Source: Thermoplasmatales archaeon
Lineage (GTDB): Archaea > Thermoplasmatota > E2 > UBA202 > JdFR-43
Direction: 5' to 3'
DNA: 51,436 nucleotides
NCBI GenBank assembly: GCA_011052825.1
Contig: DRIF01000082.1
Span: 1 to 51,436, forward strand
Shown: in pieces, positions 46,531 through 51,436 of the stretch
Layout: every line of letters begins with the position of its first letter
Position numbering within the stretch: position 1 is the first letter of the stretch
Made by a program: the position numbers and the translations under genes
The notes under the pieces: model-generated
Told to the model about the DNA's origin: nothing
Database searches by the model: none
What the model saw: the letters and a program-made list of their open reading frames with translations, nothing else

Positions 46531-47805
46531 ATGAAAGAGGCGATACGAAAAGAAATGATTTGTATACTGGTGGGATTGTTGATTGTGATACCCATAAACA
46601 TGGCAAATGAGGGGAGAGAAAACAGGGTATTTGCAAAATCAATAGTGATAAATACGCTAAAATCAGACAGATTTTATGAAGAAAAAGAGATGGATATACC
46701 TCCCGCATATCACATTTTAACAGATGGAAATCTTATACCCAATCCATCCTTTGAAGAGGGAACGACAACCCCGGCAGGATGGGAATGCCGGGATTATGGT
46801 GATGGGGCAGAATATACCTGGGATTCCAACCATGCATTTGGAGGGGAGAAATCAGTGGGTATAAAAAATATATCTGCAACCCAGAGAAGTTATTGCTGGA
46901 TTACGTCAGAATATATCCCAATAGATCCCCTGAATCATTCTTATATTCTCTCCACATGGTATAAATATCTCGGGACACCTAAGCAATGGCAATGGGGACT
47001 TCTTGGTATAGAGGGATATGACGAAAATGGAGAGTGGCTTTTTGGATTTGGCTTCACGCTAAACGTTTATTACAGCTGGCACTATTTTGAGTGGGACGTG
47101 AGCCACAGCACCTATTTTGATGAGAGGGCACGATGGGTTAAAATAGTGCTGCAATACACCGCAGCCGGAAGTTCCTTTTCAAATGCTGAGATACGGTTTG
47201 ATGATGTCTATTTTGGAGAACCCCAGTATCAACCACCGGTTACTGGATGCACGATCACTCCTTCTCCAGATGGCGAGAACGGCTGGTATACACAGGAGAC
47301 CACGGTAACGGTGCAATTGAACGCCACAGATCAGAAGGAAGGCGTAGAGGCTACCTTTTACAGCGTGAATGATGGGGCATGGGAACAGTACACACACCCA
47401 TTCTCAATTATGGGTGTAGAGGGCACAAACAAGATTTCTTACTATTCCATCGATAAGGTAGGAAATGAGGAGGAACCAAAATCCACGTTTATTAGGGTTG
47501 ACAAAACCGATCCCTTCTTTGAATCAATTACACCCAAACATGGCTTCTATTTTAACGATAACCTGCTTGTCCCATTGTCGTTTTGTACACTGGTGGTCGG
47601 TAAAATACACGCAGAAGTCCAATTAATAGACGAGATATCCGGCCCATGGAAAGTTGAATTCCACGTGGACGGTGAGTTAAAGGAAATCGTGAAGAATCAA
47701 CCATATATCTGGCTCTGGAAGGAAAACATCCCTGGAAGACACATACTCAAGGTTGTAGGTTATGACATGGCGGGTCACGAAGTAATCGAAGAAATACCAG
47801 TGTAG
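46531..47805 (+). CDS. Secreted/anchored protein with CBM4/9-like jelly-roll and Ig-like domains
   Basis: N-terminal hydrophobic anchor, NPSFEEG...W motif of CBM4_9-type modules, and an Ig-like segment (TVQLNATD...YYSIDKVGNEE). Ends at TAG 47803-47805, in frame with the next ORF. Confidence 0.5.
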   Translation: MKEAIRKEMICILVGLLIVIPINMANEGRENRVFAKSIVINTLKSDRFYEEKEMDIPPAYHILTDGNLIPNPSFEEGTTTPAGWECRDYGDGAEYTWDSNHAFGGEKSVGIKNISATQRSYCWITSEYIPIDPLNHSYILSTWYKYLGTPKQWQWGLLGIEGYDENGEWLFGFGFTLNVYYSWHYFEWDVSHSTYFDERARWVKIVLQYTAAGSSFSNAEIRFDDVYFGEPQYQPPVTGCTITPSPDGENGWYTQETTVTVQLNATDQKEGVEATFYSVNDGAWEQYTHPFSIMGVEGTNKISYYSIDKVGNEEEPKSTFIRVDKTDPFFESITPKHGFYFNDNLLVPLSFCTLVVGKIHAEVQLIDEISGPWKVEFHVDGELKEIVKNQPYIWLWKENIPGRHILKVVGYDMAGHEVIEEIPV

Positions 47806-47826
47806 ATTTTTAATACACCTCATGAG

Positions 47827-48288
47827 GTGGTTGACCAGCAACAAACGGAATATTGTGGATTGGGATATGGCATCTGGAAGAGTACGAACCTTGCCCAGAG
47901 TTTCGTCCCTTCACTGGATATCATCACCAAGGTGGTACTGTATATGCATAAAAAAGGTAATCCTAAAAGTTTGAAAATATCGATACGGGATACTCTTGAC
48001 GGAGATGATTTAACCTCTGTTACTCTAGACGGCTCTATGGTGGGTACTAACAAAGAATGGGTAGAATTTGATTTCCCAGATGTCACCATAACTCCACATC
48101 AAACCTATTACATCATATGGACACCCACAGGCTGTAACAGTAATAATGTCTTTTACTGGGGTTTCGGAGACCATAACCCATATGAAAAAGGATGTGCATG
48201 GAAATGTCGTAACGGAGTATGGCAGGAGATTACCTCAATAGATAATCATCCATATCCGGATTTCTGTTTCCGAACCTATGGCAAGTAA
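47827..48288 (+). CDS. Hypothetical beta-rich domain protein (possibly the C-terminal part of the preceding ORF)
   Basis: Same reading frame as 46531..47805, with only the TAG and seven sense codons between them. GC-rich like the upstream ORF. Confidence 0.4.
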   Translation: MVDQQQTEYCGLGYGIWKSTNLAQSFVPSLDIITKVVLYMHKKGNPKSLKISIRDTLDGDDLTSVTLDGSMVGTNKEWVEFDFPDVTITPHQTYYIIWTPTGCNSNNVFYWGFGDHNPYEKGCAWKCRNGVWQEITSIDNHPYPDFCFRTYGK

Positions 48289-48395
48289 AAGGTGCAATAA
48301 CGAATCAGTGTGCAACTGTTTTTCACAACAGTTTAAGGCATCGTTTAAATATCATGTAATACATTGTTATTACCATATGCAGCTTATATCACCAT

Positions 48396-48506
48396 ATGCA
48401 GGCTCGTGATGAGAACCATTTTATGGATGCATTACTCTCTGTGCGGCTTGCAGCGTGCACCACCATCCTCCCAATGAAATCAACATATCCTGAATTTGCC
48501 ACTTAG
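48396..48506 (+). pseudogene. CutA-like fragment
   Basis: Hand translation MQARDENHFMDALLSVRLAACTTILPMKSTYPEFAT*. The core LAAC..I.P...S.Y resembles CutA1, but only about one third of a normal CutA remains. Confidence 0.3.
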
Positions 48507-48547
48507 CCGTCTAAGAAAAGGAGATATTGACAGAGCCAGTATCCTCC

Positions 48548-48658
48548 ATGAATAACAAAACTTTCTCATTAGGTAGCATAGTAATAATAGACAAAGTAGG
48601 AAAAATTCGGTTTGCTCATTTACAAAATTATGGAGTTAATTTTACCTATCCACTTTAA
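48548..48658 (+). pseudogene. Peroxiredoxin/Bcp-like C-terminal fragment
   Basis: Hand translation MNNKTFSLGSIVIIDKVGKIRFAHLQNYGVNFTYPL*, which resembles the ...FVIDKDGKIR... C-terminal strand of thioredoxin-fold peroxiredoxins. Confidence 0.3.
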
Positions 48659-48704
48659 AAACCTGATTTTTCATATTATTTTTATATGAGGAGAATATAC
48701 TATT

Positions 48705-49628
48705 ATGAAAGCAATTGTAGCTCTGGGTGGCAACGCTCTTACTGGAAAGGATAGAAAGGCAGATATTAAAAAACAATTTGAGGAAACAAAAAATACCGCA
48801 AAGTCAATAGCAAAGATGGTCAAAAATGGATGGCATATAGCAATAACTCACGGCAATGCTCCCCAAATAGGTGCATTATTGTTACAGCAGAAAACAGCCA
48901 TTAACTATTTTTCACCTATGCCCATGCACGTTCTTGGCGCTCTAACTCAGGGACAGATAGGTTATATAATCCAGCAATGCCTTTTAAATGAATTTAAAAG
49001 ACAGGGAATAAGGAGAGAAATTTCGACAATAATAACCCAAGTTTTAGTTGATGAAAATGATGAAGCATTCAAAAACCCCACAAAGCCAATTGGTCCATTA
49101 TATTCAGATGAGGAAGCCAGAAAAATGAAGGAAAAATATGTTATGGGAAGAGTTGAGGGAGGATGGAGAATCCTTGTTGCCTCCCCAAAACCATTATCAA
49201 TTGTTGAATCAAATATCATAAAAAAAATGATTGAGGAAAATATAATAGTCATTGCGGGGGGAGGCGGAGGCATACCAGTTGTAAAAAAAGGGAATGAAAT
49301 CCATGGGGTTGATGCGGTAATAGATAAAGATTTTGCTTCTCAGAAACTTGCAAATGAAATAGGGGCAGAAATTCTGCTTATTTTGACAGATGTTGAGTAT
49401 GTATGTTTAAATTATGGGAAGGAAAATGAGCAATTAATAAATGATATAGGAATTGATGAACTTGAGAAATATTACAAAGAAGGACATTTTCCACCTGGTT
49501 CAATGGGTCCAAAAATAGAGGCATCAATTAATTTCATAAAAAATGGCGGGAAAGAGGCAATAATAACTTCGATAGAAAAAGCATGGGATGCTTTGGAAGG
49601 TAGAACAGGAACTCACATTCATGAATGA
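48705..49628 (+). CDS. arcC: Carbamate kinase
   Basis: MKAIVALGGNAL...ITHGNAPQIG...GGGGIPV motifs. 307 aa. Confidence 0.9.
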   Translation: MKAIVALGGNALTGKDRKADIKKQFEETKNTAKSIAKMVKNGWHIAITHGNAPQIGALLLQQKTAINYFSPMPMHVLGALTQGQIGYIIQQCLLNEFKRQGIRREISTIITQVLVDENDEAFKNPTKPIGPLYSDEEARKMKEKYVMGRVEGGWRILVASPKPLSIVESNIIKKMIEENIIVIAGGGGGIPVVKKGNEIHGVDAVIDKDFASQKLANEIGAEILLILTDVEYVCLNYGKENEQLINDIGIDELEKYYKEGHFPPGSMGPKIEASINFIKNGGKEAIITSIEKAWDALEGRTGTHIHE

Positions 49629-50830
49629 TTGACAAGTAAAGTTAAAATTTCATCTATATCTATTTCTCTCTGCTCTCCCTTTTCCATGTCTTTTAAAATA
49701 ATTTTTTTCTTTTCCCATTCTTCAGGAGCAACTATTATGACTTTTTTCATTCCTTTTTTGTTTGCATATTCAAGAGATTTTGATATGCTCCTTCCCATCA
49801 AATCCATTTCAGATTTTATTTTATTTTTTCGTAGAAGTTTTGTTATTTTAATTGCCTCTCTTATCATCTCTCCCATGTATGCAACATAAACAGGTTTTTC
49901 TTTCTTATTAAATTCAAATCCCTCCGCTTCAAGTGCAAGTAGAGTCCTGTCAAATCCAATTGCAAAACCAGAAGTGGGAATTTTTTTTCCTCCGAGAAGA
50001 GGGACGAGGTTATACTCTCCACCTCCGCATATTTGCTTCTCCGCCCCGAGTTTTGGGGCATCTATCTCAAAAACTGTGCCTATATAATAATCGAGACCTC
50101 TTGCTATGGAAAGGTCAACGTTGTAAGGGATAGAAAATTCATCAATTAATGAGAGAATTTCTCCCATTCTCTCAGCTTCTTCATACTCAATTTCATCTAT
50201 TTTTTTTATTTTAATAAAATCCATGAATTTTTTAAATTCCTCTTCGCCTAACTCCTTTTTTAACTCATCATAATCCTTTTTATCTATCAATCTCATTATC
50301 CTTGCATCTCTTGCCCCTATACTGTCCAGAAACCTTCTCAGAATATCGAGATTCCCTATCCTCAGTATAATATTTCTCAACCCAACCTCTTTAAGTATAT
50401 CATATGAGAGGGAGATTAATTCTGCAATTGCTTCTGGTTTATCGCTTCCTATCAATTCACATCCAAACTGCCAGAATTCCCTATATCTTCCTTTTTGAGG
50501 GCGGTCATATCTGAAGCAATTTCCAAAATAATAAATTTTCAAGGGCTTGGTTTCCATCTGCATGCTTTCTACATAAAATCTCATGGCGGGAGCAGTGAGT
50601 TCAGGGCGAAGAGATATTTTCCTTCCAGATTTATCTTCAAATGAATATGTTTCCTCTATTATTCCCTCTCCTGATTTGAGGGTAAAAAGTTCGAGATGTT
50701 CAATTGTTGGAGTGGATATTTCACGATATCCATAAAGTTCAAAGATATTCCTTATCTCTTTTTCTAACCATCTTCTTTTTTCCATTTCTTCTGGTGTAAA
50801 ATCTCTAGTTCCTCTTGGCTTTGAAACCAT
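49619..50830 (-). CDS. hisS: Histidine--tRNA ligase
   Basis: KPRGTRDF, LRPELTAP, FRYDRPQKGRYREFWQ and GGGEYN class II motifs. ATG at 50830. Confidence 0.9.
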   Translation of the reverse strand: MVSKPRGTRDFTPEEMEKRRWLEKEIRNIFELYGYREISTPTIEHLELFTLKSGEGIIEETYSFEDKSGRKISLRPELTAPAMRFYVESMQMETKPLKIYYFGNCFRYDRPQKGRYREFWQFGCELIGSDKPEAIAELISLSYDILKEVGLRNIILRIGNLDILRRFLDSIGARDARIMRLIDKKDYDELKKELGEEEFKKFMDFIKIKKIDEIEYEEAERMGEILSLIDEFSIPYNVDLSIARGLDYYIGTVFEIDAPKLGAEKQICGGGEYNLVPLLGGKKIPTSGFAIGFDRTLLALEAEGFEFNKKEKPVYVAYMGEMIREAIKITKLLRKNKIKSEMDLMGRSISKSLEYANKKGMKKVIIVAPEEWEKKKIILKDMEKGEQREIDIDEILTLLVNHS

Positions 50831-50926
50831 GGAGATAAATAAAATTGCCATATTTATATTAATTGAATATTCCTTATGAAAGTAAACCTTTCAACAGCGT
50901 TGTCCGTTAAATGATTCAAAAATAAA

Positions 50927-50984
50927 GAATAGTGATAAAATGAGATGTTTTTAATTCCAACAGAGTTCAATTTTATCACTATTC
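50927..50984. repeat. Perfect 15-bp inverted repeat (hairpin) with 28-nt loop
   Basis: gaatagtgataaaat (50927-50941) and attttatcactattc (50970-50984). Confidence 0.8.
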
Positions 50985-51077
50985 ACTCAAAAAAATTTAT
51001 TCTGGGTAACTCTGGTTAATAGAAAAATATAGTTTCCACTAATCAAGGCACATGGATTGGTGTTTTTTTTGATTTAT

Positions 51078-51436
51078 TTATCCAGCTTCTTTCACTGGAA
51101 GAAGCAGTGGTTCATCTAATATTAAAGATGCTTTGATTTTATTTACTACTAAAAGATTGTAACATATGACCTTCAACCTCAATTCTTTCTCCTGTAAATC
51201 TTCTCTTCTAGAAAATAAAACATGTCCCAATCTTTGTTTTTCAGCACCTATCACTGCCTCTATAACACTTCTTCGATGATAAGCATTGTCAAATGCATCC
51301 TTATCGTCTTTCCAAAGTCTTATCATTTTATGCCAAGCTGGAGATCCTTTAGCCTTTGTGGTAGCGTTTTTCATTGGTTTGAAAAACGGTTCAATGCCAT
51401 TTTCACTGATAAGATTGCAATTATATCTATTGCAGT
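51078..51436 (-). mobile_element. DDE transposase (IS4/IS5-like), C-terminal part; ORF runs off the window
   Basis: ...CNRYNCNLISENGIEPFFKPMKNATTKAKGSPAWHKM...YHRRSVIEAVIGAEKQRLGH...VICYNL. The frame stays open upstream of the listed Met to position 51436. Confidence 0.7.

Noticed and set aside
47803-47805. TAG decoded as pyrrolysine
   Set aside because: No pyl genes or methylamine methyltransferase context are in the window. A nonsense mutation in a foreign, decaying island is far more parsimonious.
1-51436. Whole window as a composite transposon bounded by the two edge transposases
   Set aside because: The two transposase fragments look like different families (Zn-ribbon IS1/IS6-like versus DDE IS4/IS5-like). 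The interior is mostly core housekeeping genes.

Overview
A low-GC archaeal chromosome segment. Archaeal hallmarks are TFS, Dph2, archaeosine tRNA-guanine transglycosylase, MfnA, a BHB-type tRNA intron and BRE/TATA-like promoters. Genes are tightly packed and often overlap as ATGA.

Layout:
- About 0.3-30.8 kb: mainly housekeeping. This includes a porGDAB-type 2-oxoacid:ferredoxin oxidoreductase operon, TFS, two tRNAs, Dph2/Hpt/MfnA, NAD kinase plus IMPase, TgtA, a CitF-like protein plus an aconitase-family large subunit, and UppS. Surface-protein and accessory genes are interspersed.
- 30.86-43.6 kb: a complete type I-B CRISPR-Cas locus on the minus strand, in the order cas6-cas8b-cas7-cas5-cas3-cas4-cas1-cas2-leader-array. 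The array has 60 identical 30-nt repeats, one degenerate terminal repeat and 60 spacers.
- 43.6-48.7 kb: clearly accessory. It holds a three-gene cassette (DUF4143 AAA ATPase, SEC-C/pRiA4b-ORF3-like protein, SprT-like metallopeptidase) bracketed by two copies of a 60-nt promoter/5'UTR-like element, one of which lies just upstream of cas6. It also holds a GC-rich foreign island encoding secreted proteins split by one in-frame TAG, followed by gene fragments.
- 48.7-50.8 kb: carbamate kinase and HisRS.
- Both window edges carry partial transposase genes.

Most notable observations:
- A tRNA-Val with a 42-nt T-loop (59/60) intron that folds into a canonical BHB.
- The duplicated element linking the cas operon with the SprT-like/SEC-C pair.
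- A Roadblock / degenerate-KaiC::MglA-like GTPase fusion / degenerate-KaiC operon.
- An orphan CitF-like plus LeuC-like pair.
- Duplicated CRISPR spacers.

All functional calls come from reading motifs in the supplied or hand-made translations. No database search was run.
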